Origin: Blasia pusilla
Lineage: Eukaryota
Reading direction: 5' to 3'
Length of the DNA: 64,000 nt
Assembly (NCBI GenBank): GCA_050084515.1
Contig: CM114271.1
Location: 11,718,001-11,782,000 of the forward strand
Part shown: one piece after another, positions 38,332 through 52,699 of the stretch
How the letters are laid out: every line of letters begins with the position of its first letter
How positions within the stretch are numbered: position 1 is the first letter of the stretch
Notes under the pieces: model-generated
The model's database searches: none
What the model saw: the letters and a program-made list of their open reading frames with translations, nothing else
What the model was told of the DNA's origin: nothing
Made by a program: the position numbers and the translations under genes

Positions 38332-40018
38332 TCACTTTTTGGTCTTCTGAGGTGATGACACTTGCACATCTTCGATGGTCATATCTTGTAGATTGAGCAA
38401 CAACGCATCAGAACTCAAGAAGACCCTGTTTTGTGAGTTAGCCACAGTATTTGCTATCTCCCGACTTGCCTCAATTTTTCTTAATGTAATAAATGCGGGA
38501 TTACTAGAAATCGCTTCTCCAATCAACTGTGCACTCTTGGCCTCTCCCTGCAAAAGCAAGCGATGACACAGACAAAGTAAGATCAGATATGCAAGACACC
38601 TTGCAAGTCTCTCCGAAGTCCGCATGACAGAAGAGTACCCCATGGCCAAAGAGTAATTATCTAGACCTGCATCTCATAGGGCCTTAGTGTGAATGAAAGA
38701 CTCTCGAAAAGTTTCATTACCACATGACATTGAACAAAGGTCTCACTTCGAACGTTCAAACGAATATACCTGTGCCCGGATAATTGCACTTCTTTTGTCC
38801 TGCTCTGCCTTCTCGACAACAAACTTTGCACGCTCTGCTTCCTGGGCGGCTACTTGCTTGGCCTCAATTGCAGCAGTGAACTCCCGTCCAAAGGTGAGGT
38901 TGGTAATTGACACATCATCTAATGCAATATTGAAGCCGGCTGCTCTCTCGTGTAAAATTCTTCTGATCTCCCTACTCACTACCTGTCAAAGCAAATTATT
39001 TCTTCATCACTTTTGACTCCTTGAACCTTTCTAATGGCCTCCTGGGCAACATTTAACTGTGAAAAAATGAATTGTTGCAGAAGACGTTGAAGGCAGTTAA
39101 GAGGGACCTCGCATTCCTTGATAGAGGAAACGGAGAATATAAGAGTCGGCCGTTGGACACACCTCACGTTGAGTGATCAACTGACTTGCGTTGTACTGGG
39201 CAACGACAGCCTTCAACGTTTCTTGAACAATCGATGGTAGGACACGATCCGCATAATTTTCACCGAGTGTTCGGTATATAGTGGGCAACATTTCAGCCAC
39301 TGGCCTTGTCAACACTCGTAGGGTAATCCTGACCTGATCATAAAAAGGAAATCTAATCACCATGGTACATCATAATTCTCTGAAACACGACCTACGTGTA
39401 TCGTGTCACAAAACCATTCGTGAGAAGACAGAATAAAGGTGCAGAAAACACAAAGCTGCGGAATGCTCGAGATCATCAGAAGCCTAAGGTTCAGGAATTC
39501 AAAGCACCATTTGCAAATCTCTGCTTCCAGAGGTACTCTCCACGATGTTGGGGCGGGCTCTAACGTCGTAAATTACTGGTCTTTCAAACCAAGGAATCAT
39601 AAAATGTGTACCCTCCGGATAAACCTGGATAACAGACGCCATCGAAAGAAATCGACGTCAAGGAACTAAAAGTTAGACAAAAACAACCACCTCGATTCCC
39701 CAGTCCACGAATTTTCTGGCTTTCCAGAGTACTTCACGGTTGACGTGCATCCACAATCTTGCCCTTCATAGAAAAAATCGCTGGTAGATGAAACCCTAAA
39801 ATCCGAGAGAAACTAACTGAAAAACAGAGTCCAGATACTACCTCATCCTTAACTCCTACTAGTCGATTGAAAACGATCGCACGATGGCCTCCTTCCACGT
39901 TGTACAAGCTGTTCATGGCACCATAGATTCCTATCCCGCCAACCAAGACCACCTTCGCCAACGACCCTAGAGGCCCGGCATTCGGCAGCTTCACATTCCT
40001 CACGCTGTTCAGATTCAT
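38332..40018 (-). CDS. PHB2: Mitochondrial prohibitin, PHB2 type (plant PHB1/2/6 class), 297 aa, 5 coding exons
   Basis: Exons 40018-39842, 39624-39508, 39333-39163, 38982-38770, 38547-38332, all GT-AG phase 0. Motifs [101 protein letters not shown]. Confidence 0.97.
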
Positions 40019-41513
40019 GTTAAGGCCTCTGCGCGAATCTCTCCACCTTCCCACGACAATCTACAAACAGATAGGTAAGCAATCAACGCAACAATCGATA
40101 GTGTCGCAGATTATTGGAACCTCCTCAGTCTCCGATCGATCCGAAGTGGGTCAGGTAGGCAGCGACACCTTCGAAAGCCGTGGTCTCTGCGGTGTGATCC
40201 CATTCTCTCTGTCTTCGATTCCCTTGCCTACCCTAACCCTACTGAACTCTCCGTAATCGGTCCATGTTCGCATCGGGCCGGGTTTCAAAGATCCGGGTTC
40301 CTATATCATGGGTACCCGATTATTTTAGGGCCGAATTCCATGCTCGCTATGTCGCGGAATGTTTTCCGCCCTAACCTTTTGGGCGATAAAATATTCACGG
40401 TCGCGGTGACCTTATTAAGGGGACAGTATGAATCATTTTCGAGCACTATGGATGCCCAGGTTACCCGTGCAGACTTACTAATGTATGCACGTGTTGAATT
40501 TTTTTTAAATGATAATTATTTCTTAAAATTATTACATGTCATTCTAAATCAATTAACTGGTCAAATGGTAATTCATCCCATTGATTAAGAGTGCCAAGTG
40601 TCAAAAGCATGGGATTTTGAAAAGTGAAGGTCATTCTCCAAATAGTAATATAGATTTGAATCACTGAAGTTATGTAGACGATTCATCTCACATATAAATC
40701 CTTACAATTCCATGTTAGTTTAGAAGTCTTGTCAACCGGATTGCTTGCTTCATGCACATTTCAAGAAAGCATCCAATGACACTCCGCCAAAGGAAGAATA
40801 GAGGGAGCCACATGATGTCAAGACCACCTTTGCATTCCAAACCGCTAACGTCTCCCTAGTCTATAGATTCCTCATGTTGGAAATAGTTCACCTTAACGAA
40901 GACAGAAATCATTCACAATATTGTGCATAGGAAGGATGAGTGCAATAGGATTACTCAATCTCAACCACTATCACCAACCACTACTCTTTCACGAAAACTA
41001 CAATACAAAAAAAGAGTCCAATAAGCAGATAAATGAACATTTGTACCATTCGTATACACCAACATAAGGGCAATTTTGGCCCTCTCGCATTTTGTTTGAC
41101 CCAAAAATCTACCTTGGAGGAACTAGCAATAAAGTCTTAAAGAAGGAGGGATGCACAACCACTTCAATCGTAGTTATGTGTTGCCGTAACGCACAATTCG
41201 TGACCAGGATCTATGCTCCAAATGGTGAGATAATCCACTTCAAGCCCATAATGTGCATGGTTGTTGAAATTTTATCATATACTTGAAGCAGCTCGTTGAA
41301 TTGCACAGAAACAATGGGCCAAAATCATTTACTTATGAGGTTCTTGAGTATCCCATAAACTCAATTAACGTACAACCATCTACCTCCTGTGATTGGAATT
41401 CCCAATACAAGTTACTAAAAATATGTTGAACATTTCTTGTGTTGACACCACAAGCTTTAGAGAGAGAATCGATGGAATGGAGTCATTGATTATCCATGGG
41501 GACCCGAAAGGAT

Positions 41514-42700
41514 TGTAACGTCATGTAGGATATATCGGCAAGATCTAATAGAGCGCCTTCAAGGATACTAGAGGAAAACCTCAAGAGGTCAAGGATAACA
41601 AGATGAGGCCACATATAACTTGAGGGATCAAGTTTTCCCTTTGTTTCGACTCATTTGGAGCCATATAAAGATAATTCTATTTTAAGTAAGTTATTGCTTT
41701 GAGTATAGTTGACTTTCTACTTTAGGAAGTGGCCTTTGTCTTGTAGGAGGTCAAGAGCCCACGAGGTGACCTACGAGCATAAGTTACCAAGGAGACAGCT
41801 TAGGAGAGGGAAGGGGTTATACCCAAAGAGAAAGAGTTTGGGAGCTCATTCTCTCTTTGTTGAACCTCCTAGCATGAGACAGCGGAGCTATGGTCCTCTT
41901 TGCCTTGTATGTGTAACCCAAACTTCTCATTAGGAGAGTGTGTTTGGTTTGGAGAGAGAGAGAGAGAGAGAGAGATTTTTGTGCACCATGGGGAGACTTT
42001 GTTGTGAGAGTGTCACTTAATTTATAAAGAGAAAATGAGATTGAGAGCTCTACATTGAGGGAGCTTATTGGTGTCTTTCTGTGTTTGCAGGTTAGGGACT
42101 CTATTCCCCCTTAATGGCTTATGGTAGTGCTCATGGGAGCAAGAGTCGTCCATTTTAGTGTGTTCCTTTGCATTTTTTCATACATAAGAGTGGAGTGCAA
42201 AAGCGTTGCCCAATTTTTGGTAGGAATTAAGTATGGGGGCGGATTGCTCCATGTTGGTGCTCTCGAGAGCATCATGTAGCTTATTGGTTTGTGTTTTTAT
42301 AGGTTTTAAAATTCGTGTGGGAGGAATCAGCGCAAAAGCGTTGCTAAAATTTATGTAGGAGTGGAGGCCTTGGCCTGCCAATATTTTATGAAAGGTCAAA
42401 TAAAGAAACTAATTGACAATGTTGTAGATCAGGAAGTTTTGCACGTTGTTAAAGAAGTGGTCCACAATTTTGACATCTGAGCACAAAGTTGTGATCATTT
42501 CTATGGTCTTCCATAGCCAACTTAATTGTGAAAGGAAGGAGCAATTTTGAAATTTTTTGGTAAAATCCATAATTAAGTGGTTGAAAAAAGTTTAAAATAG
42601 TTTCATCCTAGTGCATAGGACAAGAGGAAAAAAATGATTTGAGGGTAAAGTCAAGTGGAAACTTTATTAAGTAGGTATTAACCCAAGATTTATGGGGCTT
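41514..42700 (+). repeat. Long LTR-like repeat, second near-full copy
   Basis: Begins tgtaacgtcatg; aligns by eye with the reverse complement of 32038-31000; right end approximate. Confidence 0.7.
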
Positions 42701-42739
42701 AGTGTGGTATAAGCCAAGTGTGAGATCATTTTAGTGAGT

Positions 42740-45700
42740 TGTCGTATGCATACTTATCGCTACACAATATACATCATTGTCACCAAATGCACGAAAGAAC
42801 ACACACATGATCCCATTCTAACTCATGGCATCCAAACATCGAGACGATAAGCACCAAAATATCTCCAATGTATCTCTGAAGGCGCGCTATTAGATTTCGT
42901 CGATCTATCCTACCAGACATGCCAGATGTCGTGCTCATACTCATCGCTACAAAACATACATCGTTGTCACCAAATGCTCACACACTCTTATGCTAACTCA
43001 TGGCATCCAAACATCAAGACGATAAGTGCCAAAATATCTCCAATCGCCTCCCTAGTTGGTGGTTAGTGCCTCTAGCTCCAAATAGCCATCTATCCCTATC
43101 TACCATGACATACATCTCTAGGACGCTATAAGCAAAAAGGTCATGTATTCATGTGGCCCCATCGTTAGCTGCCTTCATTTCATCCATGTCATAGATACAA
43201 GTCGGAAGCCATAACTACCTACTATATGTACATCTCGGGCACATCCATCGTCCCCGAGGAACCCTAGTGAGAGTTGGTGTTAGACATGCCACATACCATC
43301 CTCTGAAACATCCATCACATACTACCATAGTGGTTGCACCACGGGCGGAACCACGCAACATACATCGCAAGTCTGTTGGAACTATTGCTAAGCTTGGATC
43401 AACTATACCGTCAATTCTAGAAAAGTGACATGGCATGTAGTTACGCATATGGTCCTTCCAACACATACCATCATATCCCTCCAATAAGAGAACATCATAA
43501 ACCAAAACATCTCGCACTCTCAAGATAGTGCACCCTGTAGTCACATCCAACGTCATGGATATCATTTGTTGCAAGTAGACAATCTCCCTGATGAAACCTC
43601 CGGATAGTCGGTCCAAAACATACTACCTCCCCGAATAGTCGCATACCTTAAAGTATCCCAACGTTATGCAATCACCGAGTTCTCAAACTCCATGGGTATT
43701 ACTCCTTGAAACAACTCAACCCTCTAAGCATATGCTCTCATCTATACATCTGGGTCATCAAGGTTCAACACCTCACCAGCATCTTGACAAATGATTGCAG
43801 GTAAATCCGGCTCTCGGAAATAAAGCAAGGAGTATGGTGAGAAAGACGCTAAGGATGTCTTCTTGCTGAAATTGTATCCCATCTCCAATCACGGAAATTG
43901 GAGGTCCCAATATCCTATGTGAACTCTATGCAAGCCATACTTATGTAAACCTCTCTTCACCATCTGAATAACCCTCTCCGCTAGTCCATCTAGCTTATGA
44001 TGATCCCGCGAAGTGGTACGGTGGTCAATTAGCGCCTAATCACATAAGGTATGAAACTCTCCGAGAAACTTCGTATCCTGATCTGTCAACACCTCAACTA
44101 CTGCGCCATCATGACTTAACACTCGATCTAGGAAGGCATATGCTACTCCCTCACTTGCTTTGTCAAAAAGTGCAACCAACTCTATCCACTTTGAGAAGTG
44201 CTCGACCATCAGCAACACATAACGACTGTGATGTTCTGTCATGAGTAAAGGTCCTGCAAAATCCAAACTCCATCTATAACCTAAATCCATGATTGGACGT
44301 GGATGCAACTATGGAGTCACAGTATTGAACCATGCCTAGATCCGATCACACACCATACACCTAACAAAAAACTTTTGAACGTTAGTTTGCATGCCTTACT
44401 ACTTATACTATATGTCTAGCAAGTTGTATGTCTGCTTCACTCCAAAGTGACCTAACTCCTCGTAGGCATGCTACACCAAACGTGCTATGTGCAAAGGATA
44501 AGGCAATACACATACTCTACCATCCTCCAAATCTTGCAACACATGCATCCCCTCCCACCAAAACCATCTGGCTCGAAGTAGGATCTGATTCCGCTCTCTA
44601 ACACCCAATCGAAATCAGAAGGATGATCAATCAAAACTCAGGTTCCGGTTTGAGAGATGGGAGTCCCTACCTAAACAAGGGCTTTCGGAACTCTAATTCC
44701 TCAATCAAATTTTCGGCCTCTTTCCTTACTACCTCACCATCAGAACTCTAGATCTAGTTCTCAAAATGAGAAGGAGGATATGCTTGTGACGCTGCCAATA
44801 CGCAAGTACTCCAAGACTGCTCCATCCTCGTGAATATCTTGAACACTTTTTGCCTCCCGATTGACCTTTGGATCTAAGGACTCTCTGTCATACCTTGTCG
44901 TTGAAGTCTCGACACTCATGCTCTCCATAGCCAATAAGCCTAAATATATTGAAGCATGCCATCCAAGCACTAACTCCTCGTCACTCTCTCCATGCCAACA
45001 AGCTTTGATCGCATCTTGTTGACTCGAGCATGAGTTACGACTCAACCCATCTACATCTTGGTTGAGCATCCCAAGTTGATGTACCATCTGGAAATCATAC
45101 TCTTGCAACAAGAGAGCCCACCTCGTAAGCTTCCTTGAAAGCTTGTTGGACTCCATAAACCACTTAAGTGGTTGATGATCACTAATAATGGTAAAGGGTT
45201 TGGCGAATAAGTAACGTCTAAAATGCACGACACGCCAAATTGCATCCAAGCACTCACCCTCTGCAGCGTTGTTTGAGCGACTAACATAAGCCACCATAAA
45301 CTCTCTACCCTCATTGTCATGTTGAGTGAGCACCGCTCCAATCCCCAACATACTTTAATCTGTATGCAAATGGAAAGGATGCCCCTTAATAGGTCTCCTC
45401 AATATGGGCGCAAACGTCAATCAATTTGTCCTTAAGCAACTGAAATGCTCTCATCCCCTCAGTGCCATTTGTTATCCACCTTGGTTAGCAAGGTTAGTGG
45501 CTTTGCAATCAAACTGAAATCCTTGATGTAGTGTCGATAGAAGTTCGCTAGTCCCATGTATGCACAAACTCAACTCACATCCTTAGGGCATGGAATGCGT
45601 GAGATGGCCTCTACCTTTGTTTGCTAAACACCAAGACTAGCTAGATATATCGTGTGACCCAAGTACTCAATGTGATTGTAGAAGAACTTGCACTTGCTTG

Positions 45701-45890
45701 AATGTAGCTTTAGCCCATGTTCGTGCAATCGTCAAAACATCTCCTCCAAATGTCGCTCATGCTCCTCAACCGTGGCGCTAAAGACTACAATGTCAACAAT
45801 ATAACACCTAGCAAAATCCAGACCTGCCAAGATTCTATCCATGACCATGTGAAAACTTTGTCGGGGCGTTCATTAATCCAAATGGTAAGA
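42740..45890 (-). mobile_element. Tcn1-like Ty3/gypsy remnant (RT-RH-INT-PHD, PPT, two short LTR copies)
   Basis: RH ORF 44761-45351; integrase WSLDFAGP...EHFSKWIELVAL (44036-44308); PHD CDGCFRGWYVACLTP...WMCPRC (43215-43616); LTR copies 42927-43042 and 42740-42867. Confidence 0.9.
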
Positions 45891-47029
45891 TACTTGTTGA
45901 TTGTCGTGATGTCCCCTAATATCTCAACAATTATCGTCCTATAAGTCAATTAATACATTTGCACTCATTACAATCACACCCATCCACATAGCCTAAATTG
46001 AAAATACAAACAACATGGCACATGCTACCTACATAAGCCTACTACAAGGACTTATGTCCATTAATGAGTTTTTGTTATGTTTCGGGCCTAATAGCCTACA
46101 AAACTCCTCAAACTTTAAACCCAACCCTTTTCTCTTTGCAATTTAGATGAACTATATAACAAGTTTGGCCTACTCCTTATCTTCTTCTTTATACAATGGT
46201 CCAACATGTAACCTCAACCTAGGTATGTTGTATTGTCCACACTCCCTTATCTTTGCACTCACTCTAGCAACAAGGACATCTCAATTCATTGAACAAGTCT
46301 CCTCTCCTCGGTCTTGGGCACACAATTTTCCCGGAATCCTTGGGAAGTCCAGCATGACAAAACTCAATGGAGAGTTGAATCCTACCACCAGAAGCAACAA
46401 TGACCTTTGAAATCTGACCAATACAATGATGCATTTCCCGCTTGTGTATGCCTCTTTTTCTGCCCTCTCTATCGTGGCATATATGCATCATACAATTCAA
46501 CACTAATCCTTCTACACTAAGCCACATCAACATTGTCTCTTTGGTGCCTAGACCCAAAGACCAATCCTTCCAAGTAAAGTAAATGTGCTTATGTAAATGA
46601 TTGTAGCACCACTTTGGGTTCCACCATAGCCATGGAGCACCTCTGAAAATGGACTTCTCATAACAAACCAAAGAGGATACGTCTAGAGGTAAGGACTTTA
46701 AGGAAGAGAGGGTAAAATTCTGAAACTCTCCACGTGGAATGACCAATGGTATGAACCGATTCTAAGGATCCACTACCATATTTGATGGCCTAAGAGAAAT
46801 ATACCCTCTAACAAAATGTCAAACTCCACAGAAGAAGATAACCCTCACGACTTAGGATTGGCATGTGAAACTATGAATCTTGGAACCTACAATCCACACA
46901 AATAAATGTTCCTTAGATCAAAAAATCCTTAAACTCCAACACTCACCCCTCCCGCAATCGAATCTGCACCAAAATCTCCTGAAATTATGAATCAATACAA
47001 CAACCCGGACTTCAGCAATCTCATCCTTA

Positions 47030-50014
47030 TAGGTATGCCATGCCTACACTTGAGGAGATCTTTGATGTGGTGGGACAGGAAAAGATTTTCAGTACTTTGG
47101 ATCTTTGGGCAGAATACCATCAATTGCCGATTCAGGAGAGTGACAAGGCCAAGACATCATTTTGGGGTGTCAACTCTCATAGCAAGGATTGTTTGTACCA
47201 ATGGAAATTCTTACCCTTTGGGTTGAAAAATGCACTTGCCGAGTTTCAGAGAGTGATGGACAGGATCCTAGTAGGGTTGGATTTTGTTCGGTGTTACATT
47301 GATGATATCTTGGTGTTCAGTAACACGGTGGAGGAGCATCAGATACATTTGCAGATTGTGTTTGAGCTGTTGAAAGCTTATCGTCTAGGTTTGCATCCAG
47401 GAAATGTAAGTTCTTCCATGAGGATGTTGAGTACTTGAGTATGTGATCTATCCAGGTGGTTTGGGAGTTCATCAAGCAAAGGTGGAGGCTATTGCACTTA
47501 TTCCGCGTCCGCTAGATGTGAGTAGAGTTCAAGCATTCATGGGATTGGCGAACTACTATAAGAGGTATCTGAAGGGATTTAGTGTTATGGAAAAGCCTTT
47601 GAACCAGATGCTAAAATCAAATCAAGAGTGGCACATGGGAGATGATCAGGAGAGAGCTTTTGTGGAGCTCAAGGCCCAGTTGCTGGTGGCGCCTATCTTG
47701 AGGAGACCTATCAGAGGGCGCACATTTCAGTTACACACTGATTGGAGTAGGTTGGGACTTGGAGCGGTGTTGACACAACATGGTGATGCGCACATGGAGT
47801 TTGTGGTGGCCTATGCAAGTCGTTCGAATAATGCAACGGAGTCGCGCTATAGTTCATATGAGGGAGAGTGCTTGGCAGTAGTGTGGGCTGTGACACACTT
47901 TAGGTGTTACTTTTTTGGCACACCGTTTACCCTTGTTACTGATCATCAGCCGCTCAAGTGGTTGATGGAGTCTGACAAGCTTACAGGGAAGCTTGCACGG
48001 TGGGCTCTTATCTTACACGAGTATGACTTCCAGGTGGTATATAGATCTGGAGTTGCCAACCTTGATGCTCATGGGTTGAGTAGGAACCCATGTACTAGCC
48101 AAGAGGATGCAACTGGGGCTAGATGGCATGGCGAGGTTGATGAGGAGATGGTGTCACGTTGGCATGCATCCGCCTTTTTATGTTGGTTAGGGGTGGACTC
48201 TAGTATGGAGGACCACATGACATCTTACTCTAGTCAAAGGGTAGATGGCCAACCTTCAGATCATAAGGTTGGAGATGGTGGTACAGATCAACGTGATATT
48301 CATGATGATGCATTGGTGATGGAGTTCCTACGGACCAGTAGGGTGCCAAGCATAGTGAGTGTCAAGGAGCGAGACCGTGTTCTTCAACATGCTAAGAGGT
48401 ATCAATTGGAGGGAACACATATTCTCCGTATGTGGGAGGATGGTAGAGTACGAGTAGTGCCGCATTTGGCTCAGAGAGAGGGCATTGTGCAACATGCCCA
48501 TGAGGAGTTGGGACATTTTGGGGTAAAACGTACGTATAGCTTACTCCTTGGTCAGTATTGGTGGCGTGGCATGCATACTCAAGTGCAGCAGTTGGTGTCA
48601 CGTTGTATGGTTTGTGACCGGGTGAGGCCATCATTCAATGCCCCTACACCACAGTTACACCCCTTGCCTATTATGGGGTTGGATTACCGTTAGAGTATGG
48701 ACTTTGCGGGACCATTACCGTTGACTGTACGACATCATCGATATGTGTTGGTGATGGTGGAGCACTTCTCCAAGTAAATTGAGTTGGTGGCATTATCTGA
48801 CAAGGCAAGTGAGGGAACGACATATGCGTTTCTTGATAGAGTGCTTACTCATTTTGGTGCACCAGCTAAAGTGCTGACCAACCAGAGTACAGAGTTTCAG
48901 GGTGAGTTTCAGGTCTTGTGTGACAAGGCGTTGATTGATCATCGGACCACGTCTCGAGATCATCCAGGCGGATGGTTTGGCTGGCGTGTGGTTGGGGACG
49001 GTAAAAGGGCATTGCGCAAGTATGGCCTACAGAAGGGGCATCTTGGAGATTGGGATATTCAGTTGCCATGGTTAGCCATGGGATATAGGTTCAATCGCCA
49101 AGCATCCTTGGCTTCCTTCTCACCTTATTTTCTGTTATATAGTCGAGATCCAGACTTGCCAACATCAATTCGTCGGGAGTCTAGTGAGGTGGTGAACCTT
49201 GATGACCCAAAGATGTGGATGAGAGTGTGTTTTCAACGGGCAGAGCTCTTTTGGGAGAGTTATGCCAACAACCTTTGAGAACCTTGCCATTACTCAACAC
49301 AGGGATACGTTGGGGTATGCAACCATTCAGGGTGGAGGTTATCGACCATCGATTCGTAGGTTCCATATGGGAGACTATGTCTATTTGCAGCAGATTGCAC
49401 CGACAACGTTGGATGTGTCGGCAGGCCGCACTATTTTACGAGTGGGCGAGATGTTAGCTTATGGAGTTCTCATGTTGGAGGGTCGTGATGGAGTTGTTTG
49501 GAAGGACCATGTGCGTAATTGTGCGTCATGTCATCTTCCAAATGTGGATGGTACTGTTGACCCAAGCTTAGCCATGATACATGCTAGCTTGAGGTGCATG
49601 TTGTGTGGATCTGCTGGTAACGCAATTCGTATATTGGTGTGTGATCGGTGTTCTAGGGGTTGGCACATGATGTATTTGACTCCACATATGGATGTTGTTC
49701 CTATTGGAAGGTGGGTTTGTCCTCGATGTAGTTAGGAGAGGTAGATGACTTGATCTTTGCGTGATATGGATTACAGATAGGCGACTAACGATGGGGCAAC
49801 CTAGCACCCGGCCTTATGATTCGTGCACCCAAGAAGGTGTATAGCATGTAGTAGATGTATAGGGCTATCTGGGAGTTAGAGGGACCTAACCGCCAGTTAA
49901 GGGGGCGAGTTGTGGTACACTTGTGTTTGTGTATGCTCTTGTCTATGTTATGTATGTATGTGACTATGGTATGTCAGCGATGTATGTTGTATGACGATGT
50001 GGATTCGCACGACA
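47030..50014 (+). mobile_element. Tcn1-like Ty3/gypsy pol (RT-RH-INT-PHD) with PPT and 104-bp 3' LTR; gag, protease and 5' LTR absent
   Basis: RT LPFGLKNA...CYIDD (47040-47438); RH and integrase HHCC HEELGHFG...CMVC (47443-48693); integrase core; PHD finger (49262-49735); PPT aagggggcgag; LTR tgtggtacac...cgcacgaca 49911-50014. Confidence 0.95.
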
Positions 50015-50298
50015 GTTGTCATGACCATACGGATTATGTCGTAGAGTATAGTGTGCTAGTAGAGGCCATACCTTACGTAGGACCGTAGTGTCTAGGTAGA
50101 GATGCGGTTTCATACATAGGGTTAGGGGTTACTCAGTTGAGGGTGACTTTTCCAGTAGGGCCCGCTCTTAGGTTGGAGGATATAGTATGGAGTGCACTCA
50201 AAGAACTGTTAGTTCTTTGAGTTGAGCCTGTTGCATTGGGAGTTAGCCTTGGTAGTGAGTAGAGGTCTTGGTTGTGTTATGACAGTAGGTCTTTTAGT

Positions 50299-50402
50299 TA
50301 TGGTACACTTGTGTATGTGTATGCTCTCGTCTATATTATGTATGCATGTGAGTATGGTATGTCAGCGATGTATGTTGTATGACGATGTGGATTCGCACAA
50401 CA
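50299..50402 (+). repeat. Second copy of the 104-bp LTR
   Basis: Near-identical to 49911-50014; abuts and truncates the LINE ORF1. Confidence 0.9.
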
Positions 50403-51160
50403 TTCTCCCTTTCAATAGGGAGTGCTGCTCTTTGCTTGGTGGTTAGATTTGGGAAGATACGGATAGCAGATCCTTTGAAGACTGCTTTACTTCGGAGGAT
50501 GGCCAACTGCATTTCCATCGCTGGTCCGCGTTGTGAGGGATCAAATTGTGCCAACATTGGCGTTGGTCGGTCCCCTATTCCTTTCCCAAGTCTGATCCGT
50601 GTGAAGGTGACTGTTGGTGTGACCTTGAGAGTTGTGAAGACTTTCTCTTGCAAAACTGAATTATAGTCTTCTTCCTTGGAAAAGTGCAATCCCATGATAA
50701 CTAAATTGAGTTCTTTGGTTTTCCTATCTTGGATTTCTAGGACCCTATCTGCTTCCTCTTTTGCTACCTCTTTGGCTACCTGTGTTGCAACCTCCGTGAT
50801 TTGTGTTGAGGTCGAGTGCTTGCCCTGTACTTGAGTCCAAGCTCTAAGAGGATTTGCAGGGCTATTCCCTGTTAAACAATACTCTTGCATTGCTTTCCCA
50901 AGCTCAGTGTTATCCTCTTTGAAGTAGGCAGCCAAGTCCTTCTTCAATTGCATGTTTTCAGCCCTCAAATCGATCAGCTCTAATTCCAGAGTTGTCTTAT
51001 GAGCCGTCCATTCGAGGAGATTCGATTCCTCGGTGGACATCCATCTACCCTGCTCTTCTTTTGATGCCTGCATCATTGTATTCCATGCCAACATCTGGTT
51101 GGCCTGAAAGCTTTCCCATTTTCCTTCTAGTTCAGAGAACCTTCTAGTGATGGATGCCAC
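50403..51160 (-). mobile_element. Non-LTR retrotransposon (LINE) ORF1-like coding region, 3'-truncated
   Basis: Coiled coil followed by ELNLVIMGL...RIRLGK...RPTPMLAQF...ILRSKAVFKGSAIRIFPNLT, an RRM/CTD pattern typical of LINE ORF1. Confidence 0.75.
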
Positions 51161-51717
51161 TTCCAGATATGGTATAACCTCTGTTGAATGTGTGACAGAT
51201 GCATGGAGTCATTCCTTGTCACAATGCCTCATTTTTTTCCCGACATAGTGGCGAGAGTTTGGGGCGATCAATCTCCGTGAGCCATTTGATCTCACGGATC
51301 GTCCACTGTCCCTGCTCTTCGTTTGCTTGTGGGAAAGATCCTTGACACATGTCGTGTCTTGGACCTCCTCCGGTGAGGTTTCTAACGTTGGTTGTTCTGT
51401 GGTAGTCATGGGTGCAGTGTTTACTCGATGTAGTGGTCGATGTGCTCAAGCAGTGGGAATGGGGAAAACAATTAGATAGGGTGTGCTTTACTCCAGAGAA
51501 ACCATAGTCTCGTCTATGGAGTCAGAGGGAAGTCAGAGCTTGAGAATCGTCTCAACATCCCTGGCTTTTGCCCGTTCCATGGTTAGGTAGGATCATCCAG
51601 GGAGGTGCAGCCGGATTTTCTTTGGGAGTTCTGGTCCCTCAAAAGAGAGAGAAGGGTATGAAGTAGGGAGACTCTGAAAACGGGGTTGGAATTTGACAGA
51701 AAAGTTGGACCATCTCT

Positions 51718-51721
<4 letters not shown>

Positions 51722-51790
<69 letters not shown>
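51722..51790 (+). repeat. (GA)n microsatellite
   Basis: Perfect GA run. Confidence 0.99.
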
Positions 51791-51793
<3 letters not shown>

Positions 51794-52699
51794 TTGATGT
51801 CTACCTGCTTCGTGCAATCGAGTGTACTTCTCAAATACAATAGCTAGTCGTTGTCAACTTTCGATCTGGTGCATCTAGCATGGAAAAAAGGAAGGCCATC
51901 AAACAAATAGGGAGAGTGTTTCAAAAAATAAAATGCAAGAATATGAAGTGAGCAATTTCTACCTATCGAAGATAAGCAATAAGATGCACATATTGAGATA
52001 CTCACAATTTTCAAGAGCTTCACGGATCATCGTTCTCGAGTGGCTTCGGAGAGTCCCACAAGATCAAAAATCACAAATGGCTCTCTGAAAACTGAAACAC
52101 CTTTGCCAAATTCTCCAGCCCGAACCCTCTGCCTCGTGTCACGAACCCTAGACCTCCTACCACCATACACTTGGCCCTCATTGAAACTATTATAGTTCAT
52201 TGATCTCAATAATCTAATGCTGGGAAAAAAGCACTAATTGATAAATGTGAGATAGACAAGGGAAATTAAGTGCATGATTTCTAAAGGGCTCTATGTTGTT
52301 TCCTTTGAGCCCCATCCCACTTTTCACCATTGGATTTCCCTATAACTTTGAGGATTTTTTCATGTTTGCATTATTAGAGCAATCAATGGTTTAAATCTTC
52401 TTTAGGAATTTCTTCTAACTTCAAGTATCCGTATACTACCATTAGGGTTGCATAATAGAATGGATTGTTTATTTATGGTGTTATTGCATACTTAATGATG
52501 ATTTTGTATTTATTCCTATATTTTATATTCATTTAATTTTAACCAATAAAAAGATGATACATTGCAACATAGGATACTGAGTTCCCTATGGTAGATTTGT
52601 AATTATTTGTACCGGCCTACCAATTATTCGGACCCTATGTTATAATAGGACCAAACAAAAAATCTTCTAGTCCTTTTGCATGTTTAATTATAATTTGCC

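Noticed and set aside
40600-41500. AT-rich decayed coding-like segment upstream of prohibitin
   Set aside because: No motif I could assign in any frame.
30766-42700. Inverted ~1.2-kb repeats as the ends of one element that captured prohibitin
   Set aside because: The copies are quite diverged, a third fragment lies at 20153, and there is no shared TSD; independent insertions are more likely.
45900-47030. Possible LINE RT/zf-RVT remnant between the divergent gypsy copies
   Set aside because: Only faint similarity; too decayed to support a call.
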